Shown here: piece by piece, positions 9,068 to 17,485 of the stretch
How positions within the stretch are numbered: position 1 is the stretch's first letter
How the letters are laid out: each line of letters starts with the position of its first letter
Assembly: GCA_045132055.1 (NCBI GenBank)
Contig: JBGURP010000033.1
Span: 128,806-192,805 of the forward strand
Length of the DNA: 64,000 nt
Direction of reading: 5' to 3'
Origin: Bacteroidales bacterium
Lineage (GTDB): Bacteria; Bacteroidota; Bacteroidia; Bacteroidales; WCHB1-69
The notes under the pieces: model-generated
Database searches by the model: none
What the model was told of the DNA's origin: nothing
Seen by the model: only the letters and a program-made list of their open reading frames with translations
Made by a program: the position numbers and the translations under genes

Positions 9068-9421
9068 TTAATTACATTTGGAACCAGAAACTCTAGCCAC
9101 TTCATATTTAGTCCACTCTCTACCATTTTTTTCAGTCTTGATAGGAACACGAATAGCTGCTTCTTGATCAGGACAACTTTTACCACGACCCTCAAATTCT
9201 TCTGTTGAATTATTAGCATAAGTCACTTTTACAATAATTGAAACATTTGCACAAGTATTTTCGCTATCATTTGAAAGAGTAACTGTGATGTTGTTCCCAT
9301 CAATAGAATGACCCGTGCAAACAATGGTTGATCCGTCATTGCTGCCACTGATTTTGCACGATTGTGCATTTACTGTAAAGCATAATCCTACTAACAACAA
9401 TATATAAAAATACTTTTTCAT
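9068..9421 (-). CDS. small secreted Cys-containing protein (117 aa), unknown family
   Basis: Signal peptide MKKYFYILLLVGLCFTVNA-QS and five Cys in the mature part. Low-GC gene. Confidence 0.6.
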   Translation of the reverse strand: MKKYFYILLLVGLCFTVNAQSCKISGSNDGSTIVCTGHSIDGNNITVTLSNDSENTCANVSIIVKVTYANNSTEEFEGRGKSCPDQEAAIRVPIKTEKNGREWTKYEVARVSGSKCN

Positions 9422-9486
9422 CGCTTTATCGCCGTGTTATATCCCATCTGGCACCATCGGGTTTAATTTAGTTTAAATTGATAATC

Positions 9487-9849
9487 TTAATTGAAATAAT
9501 ATGAGCCAGCGTGATATTTGTAATTACTTCTTTCTTTACCCCCTCTTTTATTAATACTCACTTGAATTCTTTGAGAAGATTCCACTCCGTTAACAATAAC
9601 AGCAAGCTCGCCGCAGTAAGTTTCATCCCAGTCAGACGAACCAAATTCATAAAAAACTCCCTTTTTATTGCAATTCACTTCTGTTTCAGGTCCATAACCG
9701 CTAATTGTACATAATGTCACGGTTCTTCCGCTATTATTGTCATAGATAGCAGCAAATGATGTATTCATTTTCGAAAGGTTGTCGTCAGAAAAAGACATTG
9801 TAAATGCTGCAAATAATAATGTTATTGTAAATAATATAAACTTTTTCAT
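9487..9849 (-). CDS. small secreted protein (120 aa), unknown family
   Basis: Signal peptide MKKFILFTITLLFAAFTMSFS. Low-GC gene. It shares a 29-nt upstream motif with the next gene. Confidence 0.6.
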   Translation of the reverse strand: MKKFILFTITLLFAAFTMSFSDDNLSKMNTSFAAIYDNNSGRTVTLCTISGYGPETEVNCNKKGVFYEFGSSDWDETYCGELAVIVNGVESSQRIQVSINKRGGKERSNYKYHAGSYYFN

Positions 9850-9924
9850 AATTCTTGTTGCCAGTTATATCCCATCCGGCTCCTTCGGGTTTTTATTAAA
9901 GTATGAAATTGTTATAAAAAATGT

Positions 9925-10794
9925 TTATTGTACACCTGTAGAAAGAGCACTCGGTAATTCCACATAGGTTTTTAATACTCGATCCCATGGTTTAAAACAT
10001 TCATCATCACTACAATCTTTTTTTGTCGTATATTCTGACGCAAGATATATGGTGAATTCTTTTTTGTCGCCAGGATTTCTCTTGATCTCAAGTCTGCTTC
10101 TTACTTTAATTTTGCTGAAAGTCCTATAAACCCATGTTGATTTAGCCCAACCTGCGCCCTTATCATTAACTGTATAATCCCCAAAAAAGTCTGAAGCATA
10201 TCGAATCAAAGTGTACCAAATTTCATCATCATCTTTATTGCTTGTCGCTCTAAAGCGAATGTTTTTATTTGCAATGTCAGATGCAGGGGCGGAAGCAATC
10301 CAAGCATCATCCTCTATTAGCGTTACGGTTACTATACCTGGTTTGTCAGTACCATTTATTCTAACCATGGAAGAAAAATACCCTTGACGTGATACATCTG
10401 CTTCCAGAAAATGATCTCGATCCATTGAAAAAGAGTATATACCTTGTGCTACTCGATCACCATCTACAGCAATGATGGCATCTTCAGGTATGGTTTTTAT
10501 AGTATAATTGCGTTCCGCATATTTAGGGTCTAATTTTAAACACACTTCTGTAATATCGCTACTGTTTGGCCTCATTGTAAAACTTTCTGTGATATACTTT
10601 GGAGCTGATACTATAACATTTTTCCATCCAACATGTTTCATCTTGAATGTGGCCTCTTGACCGCCGGCATAATCACCATCCACGGTTATTTTCGCCCCAG
10701 AATCAGGACATTTAACTAAAACAGTTTTAGTAACGCAAGCTGTGAGTAATGTTGTTGATAATATGGTAAGAAGAAACAATAAGTTTTTTTTCAT
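9925..10794 (-). CDS. PEGA-domain lipoprotein
   Basis: Lipobox LLTAC and two PEGA-like segments (GAKITVDGDYAG, AIIAVDGDRVAQG). Confidence 0.7.
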   Translation of the reverse strand: MKKNLLFLLTILSTTLLTACVTKTVLVKCPDSGAKITVDGDYAGGQEATFKMKHVGWKNVIVSAPKYITESFTMRPNSSDITEVCLKLDPKYAERNYTIKTIPEDAIIAVDGDRVAQGIYSFSMDRDHFLEADVSRQGYFSSMVRINGTDKPGIVTVTLIEDDAWIASAPASDIANKNIRFRATSNKDDDEIWYTLIRYASDFFGDYTVNDKGAGWAKSTWVYRTFSKIKVRSRLEIKRNPGDKKEFTIYLASEYTTKKDCSDDECFKPWDRVLKTYVELPSALSTGVQ

Positions 10795-10911
10795 ATTAAA
10801 TAAAATTAATTAATCATGCCTCCACTTTATAGGCTATCGGCGACTCCTTCAAGTATGCCCCAAAAGATACTTATGCACACAAAAAAAGCGTGGCACTTTT
10901 TCGCTTTCATT

Positions 10912-11041
10912 GGATGTCTTGAGGTCTTCGACTACCTGATACTTCCCAATTACAACGAGTAAAGCCCACGCCAGTTGGCGGGAGCGTCGTCGCTTTACTC
11001 TTGGAAGTATCATTTGAAAGTGTCGAAGTTTCAAGACATCC
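10912..11041. repeat. extended imperfect inverted repeat (~130-nt hairpin)
   Basis: Watson-Crick pairs: 10912-10922/11031-11041 (11 bp), 10926-10932/11022-11028 (7 bp), 10938-10946/11003-11011 (9 bp), 10948-10949/11001-11002, 10957-10965/10992-11000 (9 bp). Apical cgcc-agtt-ggcg lies at 10969-10980. Confidence 0.5.
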
Positions 11042-11177
11042 AGTGTATAAGCTACATCGCTTTTCCCTATTCTATGGTGTGCATAAACGGGTTATGCTGT
11101 TTTTCTCATCGGCAATATGTTTGATTCGTACTTATTTATTTATTCAGAGGACTCTTTTTTCTATATGAATCTGTTTG

Positions 11178-11185
11178 CAAAAATA
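11178..11185 (-). promoter_or_regulatory. possible -7 box (tatttttg) for the PEGA/small-protein operon
   Basis: This is the only TAnnTTTG match on the minus strand upstream of 10794. It would give a ~385-nt leader containing the long hairpin. Confidence 0.3.
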
Positions 11186-11224
11186 AACTTTTTATTTGTC
11201 AAATGCAACATATCGAAAAAAATG

Positions 11225-11232
11225 TATTTTTG
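11225..11232 (+). promoter_or_regulatory. candidate -7 box (tatttttg) for the DUF3990 gene
   Basis: Lies 27 nt upstream of ATG 11259, and inside the longer ORF-track version (11196). This argues for the 11259 start. Confidence 0.5.
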
Positions 11233-11258
11233 CAAAGTCTCGTTATAACGATAGTTTT

Positions 11259-11936
11259 ATGGAAAATCTGACATTATATCACGGCTCGACGAAGGTGATT
11301 GAACGACCTGCTCTTGGTATCGGGAACCCAAAGAATGACTATGGGTTGGGCTTTTATTGCACTGAAAATCTTGAACTTGCTAAAGAATGGGCTAGCACCG
11401 AAAAGAGCGACGGCTTTGCCAATCATTATGCGCTCAATCTTGATGGGCTGAGCATCCTTCATTTGAACACAATGCCCTATCATATCCTAAATTGGCTCTC
11501 AATTCTGCTGAAAAACAGGACTTTTGTGCTGTCGCAAGGGCTGCCTGCAGAGGCAAAAGAATACCTACTAAACACCTTTTTGCCTGAATACGAGCATTAT
11601 GACTTGATTATCGGCTATCGTGCCGATGATTCCTATTTTGCCTTTGCCAATGCCTTCTTGAACAACACTATTTCATTGGAGCAGTTACGCAAGGCGATGA
11701 TGTTAGGAAATTTGGGAGAGCAGGTGGTATTGAAAAGCGAAAAAGCGTTCTCCCAACTGACATTCATCGAAAGCATCCCTGTAGATAGCAGCCAATACTA
11801 TCCCAAAAGGATGGCGCGTGATCGTCAAGCACGTGAGGATTTTCGAAGTGAGAAAGCAATAGTTGCCGCCACGAAGGCTATCTATATGATTGATATTTTG
11901 AGACAAAACTGGACCAACGATGACCCACGCCTATAA
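11259..11936 (+). CDS. DUF3990-family protein
   Basis: MENLTLYHGS...DYGLGFYCTE...IIGYRADDSYFAF carries the GFY and ADD motifs I associate with DUF3990. Confidence 0.75.
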   Translation: MENLTLYHGSTKVIERPALGIGNPKNDYGLGFYCTENLELAKEWASTEKSDGFANHYALNLDGLSILHLNTMPYHILNWLSILLKNRTFVLSQGLPAEAKEYLLNTFLPEYEHYDLIIGYRADDSYFAFANAFLNNTISLEQLRKAMMLGNLGEQVVLKSEKAFSQLTFIESIPVDSSQYYPKRMARDRQAREDFRSEKAIVAATKAIYMIDILRQNWTNDDPRL

Positions 11937-12567
11937 CCGATTGTACCTTGAGGATGCCATGCACAACATGGGCACCATGCTCGACTGTGCTGTCCATATC
12001 GCCCATTGCGACCTTGTCGTTTTTTACGAGATGTTCCTCTCCAGCGGAGTTGCCGCACAGATAGAGACAGGCAATCCCCGTTATGTCTCTGGCTTGTCAG
12101 GAATGGAATTGTTGCGTATCGTGTTGACAAGATCGTCCGACATCCAGATCCCTGAAACAATATATAGCCCATTGGAACGGTCCCCCGAATATTGGGCAGG
12201 ATGGGCATTAGCCTACTATCAATGGCAAACGGCTTACACGTTTTCGTTTATTCAACGGAATGGTTTGGATGTCAACGCCATACTTTCGATGTATCCCACC
12301 TTGCATGAGGCAGATCTGTCTAAGTTTGTCGATAGTGCTGATGCCATTATAAATCGGCATTTGTCAGAACGTCGTAATACACTGAAAACCATCAGAAAAC
12401 AACAACGACTCACGCAAAAGGACCTCGCGGAACAGGCAGGAGTCTCGCTTCGCATGATTCAGGCGTACGAACAGGAAGATCAGGACATCCGGAATGCAGA
12501 GGCACAGACTGTCTTGGCTTTGTCACGTGTGCTTGGATGCACACCGGAGACCCTTTGCCAAAAATAA
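11920..12567 (+). CDS. XRE-type HTH protein with an uncharacterised ~150-aa N-terminal domain
   Basis: The C-terminus LTQKDLAEQAGVSLRMIQAYEQEDQDIRNAEAQTVLALSRVLG is an HTH_3-type motif. The ATG overlaps the DUF3990 gene by 17 nt. Confidence 0.8.
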   Translation: MTHAYNRLYLEDAMHNMGTMLDCAVHIAHCDLVVFYEMFLSSGVAAQIETGNPRYVSGLSGMELLRIVLTRSSDIQIPETIYSPLERSPEYWAGWALAYYQWQTAYTFSFIQRNGLDVNAILSMYPTLHEADLSKFVDSADAIINRHLSERRNTLKTIRKQQRLTQKDLAEQAGVSLRMIQAYEQEDQDIRNAEAQTVLALSRVLGCTPETLCQK

Positions 12568-12577
12568 CGCTTGTTCA

Positions 12578-12590
12578 TCACTTCACAATG
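12578..12590. repeat. right copy of the 13-nt imperfect inverted repeat (tcacttcacaatg)
   Basis: Covers the stop and last codons of the DMT-like gene. Pairs with 8987-8999. Confidence 0.35.
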
Positions 12591-12931
12591 AAGAACACCC
12601 CGATCATCACGATCACCACGCCAATCCAGCGGGTGAGGGGGACTGCCTCGTGGAAGATGAACTGCGCGGCGAGCAGGCCGATGATGTAGCTGATGGAGAG
12701 CAGCGGGTAGGCCACGCTGAACTCGTAGCGCTTCAGCACGTACATCCATACCAGCATGGCGGCCACCGCACAGGCCCCCGACGCGGCAAACTGCCAGGTG
12801 GTGAACACCGTCTTGAAATACTGCCATGACCAGCTGAACTTGCCGAACAGCTCCACAGAGATTTTCAGCAGACTTTGCGCCGCCACTAGCAACACCGATT
12901 GCACGATTATAAGGATGATCAACAGAATCAT
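12578..12931 (-). CDS. small 4-TM DMT/SMR-like membrane protein (ArnE/ArnF-sized)
   Basis: 117 aa, four hydrophobic segments, EamA-half-like. 4-nt overlap with the upstream KS gene. Confidence 0.65.
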   Translation of the reverse strand: MILLIILIIVQSVLLVAAQSLLKISVELFGKFSWSWQYFKTVFTTWQFAASGACAVAAMLVWMYVLKRYEFSVAYPLLSISYIIGLLAAQFIFHEAVPLTRWIGVVIVMIGVFFIVK

Positions 12932-15216
12932 AATGAAAGCAAGGTTAAGGAATGGTCTTTGTTTTGGAAATGATTGTGTACCAAAATATACTTCGGATTC
13001 GACACTTCTTTCGATGGGTTGTACAGTAGGTGCGCTGGAATGATTTTATGATGCAAACACTCGGCTCCCACATAGATGCCGAAGGCAGATGCGCAGAACG
13101 ACTCGCCGAAGATGTGCTTGTACCAAACTACGGGAGTCTCTGGACAACAGTTCGACAAAAAGTTATGGTAAACCGCATCGTTGTCATGGTCTCCGCTCAA
13201 TCCGGCCACCACGGCATCCAAGTCGTTGAGGGTGACGCCGGCCTGTTGCAGCAGACGATTTACGGCGGCTTGCAAGTCGTTGAGACTGGGCTCGTACAGC
13301 ATCTCCATGCCGGAAATCTTGCAGAGCGTGTCTTCATCCGCACAGTCGGTCAGCAGTATGTTCAGCGAACAGCTGCCAGAGAGCGAACCTATACTATTGG
13401 CTTGGCGAAGCGTATTAGGTGTGATGTCGCCCGTCTTCCAGTAGCCGATTTTGCCCAGCATGTTGAAATAATCAGGGGTCATCTCGTCGTGTCCGCCCAC
13501 CAGCGCGCTGCGGATGCAGCCAGCTTGCATTTGCAGGAATGCGTCCAGCAGGCTGCTGTCAAAGGAGGTGCCGCGGTGCGAGTAGGTGCAGTTGTAGCCA
13601 TGGCACTTCAGGTGCTGTGCATCCTGTGAACTGATGGTGTTGTGGGTGGACTGCATGAAATAGGTGGGCTGCAAAAACTCCTCATCATTGTCAATCATGG
13701 CCGAGAGGAACTTCTCGGTGTTGGCGATGCAGCCCAAACCAGTGCCGGTGATGATGGCATCGGGGATCTGGTGCTGGCCGAGAGCTTCCACCGCAGTGAC
13801 GACGGAGCGTTTCAGCAGCCGTCCCATGCGCCGTGCGACCATCGGGGCGAGGTATTTGCTGTAGTCAGGCTCAATGCTCTCGTTGTAAGCCTTTTCGGGC
13901 ATGATGGGGTTAAGGAACCACTCGTCATGGATGGGTTGTTGGATGGAGATATGGGCAGCTGACTGGATGTAGCATGGCTGCACTTTCTGATTGCCCGGAT
14001 TCTTTGGAGATTCCGTCTCGATTGCGGAAAAGATGCAGGAAGAGTCATTGCCTCCGAAGCCGAAGGAGTTGGTGAGTATGTGTTTGAGTTTTACATTCTC
14101 CATCACATGGTCCACGGGCTTGAAATTGTGTCCCTCGATAGGCGTTTTGTAGCCGAGGTTGGCTGGAATGAAGCCGTGGGTAAGGGCGAGGATGGAGATG
14201 ACGCTCTCCACGCCGCCCGCCGCACTGGTAGTGTGGCCAGTGTATGACTTTGTAGAAGACACAGGCGGCATCTTGTCGCCGAACACGCGCATCATGGCGA
14301 TGCCCTCGCACTCGTCGTTGTTGCCGGTGCCCGTGCCGTGCGCATTGATGTAGTCAATGTCTTCGGGGCGCAGGCCGCTGGACTCCAGGGCTTTGCTCAT
14401 GGCCAGGTATGCGCCCTCGCCGTTAGGCGATGTGGCTGTCTGGTGGAAAGCATCGCAGGCATTGCCGTAGCCCGACAGCTTGCAGATGGGCTTGATGTTG
14501 CGTCGGCGCGCAGACTTCTCCGTTTCCATGACCAGATAGGCCGCGCCCTCGCCAAGGTTCAGGCCATGGCGGTCGGCGTCAAAGGGACGGCAGGGCTCTT
14601 TGTCCAGGATCATCAGCGTGTTGAACCCGTTGATGTGGAATTTGGATAGACATTCGGTGCCGCCCACCACGACGATGTCTGCCTGGTTGGCCTTGATGAG
14701 GTTGGCGCCAAGGATGATGGCGTTGGCGGCAGAAGAACAGGCCGTGGAGATGGTGGTGATAAGGGAGAAATGGCCGTCGAACTCTTTGGCAATCACGTCA
14801 GTGCAAGCGCCGCAATCGTGCATGGCGATGTATTCTTTGTGATTGGTGTTGTTCAGAAAATCGTGGTAGTATTGCTCACTTTTTTCCATACCGCCGACAG
14901 TGTTGCCGGAGATGAAAGCGATGCGCTGTCCGCTGATACCGTTCAGATGCGCATCTTCCAAAGCCTCTTTCAAGGCCACACGTCCCAGAAGAGAAGTACG
15001 GGTGATGATGCCTTCTTCACGGTATTGGATAAGCTCTTTCAGTTGCTCATCGCTATATTCCACTTCTCCAGAAGGTAAATCACTGTGCTTGGTGTGGATA
15101 TGATGTATGGGCCCGATAACCTTTTGACCCATCTTCAGCTTCTTCAGGTTTTCTTCTTTTCCAACCCCTAAAGAAGTGATGATGCCAGTGCCGGTAATGA
15201 CGATGTTGTCCATCAA
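12928..15216 (-). CDS. beta-ketoacyl synthase fused to a second KS-like (chain-length-factor-like) half
   Basis: TISTACSSAANAI (active-site Cys), INAHGTGTG and NSFGFGGN in the first ~400 aa, followed by ~350 aa of a KS-like domain. Confidence 0.85.
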   Translation of the reverse strand: MMDNIVITGTGIITSLGVGKEENLKKLKMGQKVIGPIHHIHTKHSDLPSGEVEYSDEQLKELIQYREEGIITRTSLLGRVALKEALEDAHLNGISGQRIAFISGNTVGGMEKSEQYYHDFLNNTNHKEYIAMHDCGACTDVIAKEFDGHFSLITTISTACSSAANAIILGANLIKANQADIVVVGGTECLSKFHINGFNTLMILDKEPCRPFDADRHGLNLGEGAAYLVMETEKSARRRNIKPICKLSGYGNACDAFHQTATSPNGEGAYLAMSKALESSGLRPEDIDYINAHGTGTGNNDECEGIAMMRVFGDKMPPVSSTKSYTGHTTSAAGGVESVISILALTHGFIPANLGYKTPIEGHNFKPVDHVMENVKLKHILTNSFGFGGNDSSCIFSAIETESPKNPGNQKVQPCYIQSAAHISIQQPIHDEWFLNPIMPEKAYNESIEPDYSKYLAPMVARRMGRLLKRSVVTAVEALGQHQIPDAIITGTGLGCIANTEKFLSAMIDNDEEFLQPTYFMQSTHNTISSQDAQHLKCHGYNCTYSHRGTSFDSSLLDAFLQMQAGCIRSALVGGHDEMTPDYFNMLGKIGYWKTGDITPNTLRQANSIGSLSGSCSLNILLTDCADEDTLCKISGMEMLYEPSLNDLQAAVNRLLQQAGVTLNDLDAVVAGLSGDHDNDAVYHNFLSNCCPETPVVWYKHIFGESFCASAFGIYVGAECLHHKIIPAHLLYNPSKEVSNPKYILVHNHFQNKDHSLTLLSL

Positions 15217-15474
15217 TTATTTCGTTCTGTGCTCTTTGATGTATTCGGCCATCACACGGACGGATTTGAAGATTTCTTTGCCTTCGTTGGCGTTGGCCAG
15301 CTTGATACCATAGTTTTTCTCCATCAGCACGATAAGTTCCAGTGCATCAATGGAATCCAATCCGAGACCTTCGCCAAACAGAGGGGCGTTCTCGTCAATG
15401 TCAGCAGGCGTCATGCCTTCCAGATTCAATACATCAATAATTTCTTTCTTCAGTTCTAAAATCAAATCTTCCAT
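15217..15474 (-). CDS. acyl carrier protein
   Basis: GLGLDSIDALELIVLMEK phosphopantetheine-Ser motif. ATG 15474 (MEDLILELKK) is preferred to the ORF-track start 15504. Confidence 0.85.
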   Translation of the reverse strand: MEDLILELKKEIIDVLNLEGMTPADIDENAPLFGEGLGLDSIDALELIVLMEKNYGIKLANANEGKEIFKSVRVMAEYIKEHRTK

Positions 15475-15500
15475 GATATAATGATTTAAATTGTAAATTA

Positions 15501-17318
15501 TCAATTCTTGTTAGGAGACGCGCCAGAGCACGTTTCTACGTTGTTTTCATATACACACATTTGCACATCGCATTTCCCATCATCATAATCCGTCCAACCG
15601 CAAATGATGTGCGTCAATTCCGGATTGGCGGCGAAGCATTGTGCCACTGTCTTCTCCGTCAGTTCTGCCGTGAAGGAAGGAACCACGTAAAAGGAGCTCT
15701 CTCCGCCGATTTTGTAGCGGATGGCAATCTCGCCGGTAACGATATTGGCCAAGGTATAGACGAACACCGCCGGGCTGGGGTAGTAGTTGTCTGCATCCTG
15801 GATGGTAGTCTGATAGTGACGGTCGTCATCAAGGGAGGAGGCGCTGTTCATGAGCACCACAGCCCAGTCGGGTTTTACGGTCTCACGGTCAAAGTCCAAG
15901 TCGCGAAGCAGGAGCTCTGCTGCCAGTGTGCCGGCCTTGCAGAGGTTGTCCATCTTGAAGAATTTGGGGTACGCCATGTCAATGTGGCGGTATATGTCGG
16001 CCAGCCAAGAATCGCTGTCCGCGTTGCGGGTAACGATGGTTTCCCCGTTCAAAACCACCGTGTTGTCGGTGATTTGGCATTGGGAAATGGCGGAAATTGT
16101 TGATTTTTCCGTTTTTTTCGGTTGTTGTAGAGACGGTGCATGCACCGTCTCTACGGAACCGTGCGTTTCCCCATTCCGGTTTATTTCCATCAACATTGCC
16201 GCATTGCTGCCACCGAATCCGGAGATCAATTTCATGAATGCATTGCCGGAGATGGTCATGGTGTTTGTTGCCACATTGATGGAACAGGCGGGTGCGGGGT
16301 TGTCAGTGCCCTTGGTGCCGATGACGGTGTGATGTTTGAGTGCCTGGTGTGCCATGATGGTTTCCAGCACGCCGGCGGCGCCGAGGGTGTGTCCGAAATA
16401 GCCTTTCAGGCTGTTCACGGGGATGTCTTGCAGGTTGGCGCGGCTAATGGCCACCGATTCCATATCGTCGTTGTAGAGTGTGGCGGTGCCATGCGCATTG
16501 ATAAACGCCAGTTGCGTCTTGTCTAAGCCTGCCGTAACTTTCTGGATGGCGCGCAGGAGGCCTTCACCTGTGCGGGAGGGGCCGGATATGTGGTTGGCGT
16601 CGTTGTTGATGGATCCGGCGCGCAGTATCAGTGCATTGTCCGGTATGTGTGTGGGATTGTCGTCGATGGTATAGACGATGGCGGCGGCCGCCTCGCCCAA
16701 GTTGAGTCCGCAGCGGTTGCTATCGAAGGGCTTGCAGCGCTCCTTGGAGAGTGCCTTGAACGACTGGAAGCCTGAAATGACAAACTTGGAGAGCGTTTCC
16801 GCACCAATGACCACGGCATATTTGTAGCCACCGTAGCGCAGCTGGTTGGCAGCGGCAATCTGTGCGGCGCAACCCGAGATGCAGGCATTGCTCGCAACGA
16901 TAGGCGTGTTGTGGTTGTTGAAGAATTCCGCGATGAGCTGTGCGGAACGCCACAGGTAAGGACGCTCCGGTTCGTAAGGATTGGATTCCAACAGATCAAC
17001 ATTGCCTTTGGTGGTGGAGAGGATGAAGATGACATCCTCGCGGTCGGCGGCGATGTTGGCCTCTGCGATAGCCTGGTGGGCTGCCAGAATGGCGGCCTTT
17101 TCCATCTTGGTGTAATCCATCACGCTGTAGTCGTAGATGGTCTCAAACGCGCGGTCTATTTTTTCTTCATCCAGCAGGGAGATAAAGCAGGGCTCCGGAA
17201 GCCCGAAAGCGTGCTCATGGTATTGCAGACGGCTCTCGCCGCGCATAACGGCCTCGAAATTGCCGAGACTTGTCATGGCTAACGGGGAAATGATACTGTC
17301 TCCAATGCTGAAAATCAT
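15501..17318 (-). CDS. beta-ketoacyl-ACP synthase with a ~200-aa C-terminal extension
   Basis: ASNACISGCAAQ (Cys), INAHGTAT and ISGFGGSNAA, then a linker and an extra domain. Confidence 0.85.
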   Translation of the reverse strand: MIFSIGDSIISPLAMTSLGNFEAVMRGESRLQYHEHAFGLPEPCFISLLDEEKIDRAFETIYDYSVMDYTKMEKAAILAAHQAIAEANIAADREDVIFILSTTKGNVDLLESNPYEPERPYLWRSAQLIAEFFNNHNTPIVASNACISGCAAQIAAANQLRYGGYKYAVVIGAETLSKFVISGFQSFKALSKERCKPFDSNRCGLNLGEAAAAIVYTIDDNPTHIPDNALILRAGSINNDANHISGPSRTGEGLLRAIQKVTAGLDKTQLAFINAHGTATLYNDDMESVAISRANLQDIPVNSLKGYFGHTLGAAGVLETIMAHQALKHHTVIGTKGTDNPAPACSINVATNTMTISGNAFMKLISGFGGSNAAMLMEINRNGETHGSVETVHAPSLQQPKKTEKSTISAISQCQITDNTVVLNGETIVTRNADSDSWLADIYRHIDMAYPKFFKMDNLCKAGTLAAELLLRDLDFDRETVKPDWAVVLMNSASSLDDDRHYQTTIQDADNYYPSPAVFVYTLANIVTGEIAIRYKIGGESSFYVVPSFTAELTEKTVAQCFAANPELTHIICGWTDYDDGKCDVQMCVYENNVETCSGASPNKN

Positions 17319-17356
17319 ATACTTACGGGTATTCTTTACTCAATTTAAATAGGGCG

Positions 17357-17364
17357 CAAATATA
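17357..17364 (-). promoter_or_regulatory. candidate -7 box (tatatttg) for the KS-ACP-KS operon
   Basis: 39 nt upstream of the start at 17318. Confidence 0.45.
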
Positions 17365-17428
17365 CAAAAAAAAGTGGCACAAATGCTGGGAATAAAGCCC
17401 ATGGCAATATCTTGTCACCAAAAAATCT

Positions 17429-17436
17429 TATCTTTG
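17429..17436 (+). promoter_or_regulatory. candidate -7 box (tatctttg) for the GT4-Wzx operon
   Basis: 50 nt upstream of ATG 17486. Confidence 0.45.
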
Positions 17437-17485
17437 CATCCATCCTTTCAAGGGGTATCCAAATTTGACATTTTACGAAAAGAAG

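Noticed and set aside
10849-11034. 61-aa minus-strand ORF in the non-coding region of the insert
   Set aside because: It overlaps the long inverted repeat almost exactly. Its sequence is basic and low-complexity, it has no promoter-proximal start, and no motif.
11196-11258. Longer N-termini from the ORF track for several genes (11196, 17465, 18564, 26794, 38973, 41425, 49174, 50789, 58020, 59322, 62597, 62711, 63725)
   Set aside because: In each case one of the following holds. The extension may begin with a non-ATG codon (TTG where I checked). It may contain the predicted TAnnTTTG box. Or it may precede an internal ATG that starts a canonical signal peptide or conserved N-terminus. The shorter start was used.
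8987-12590. Calling the low-GC insert a mobile element
   Set aside because: There is no integrase, transposase, relaxase or phage gene. There is no tRNA target and no target-site duplication. The only hint is a 12/13 inverted 13-mer, which could be chance. It is reported as a finding, not as a mobile_element feature.
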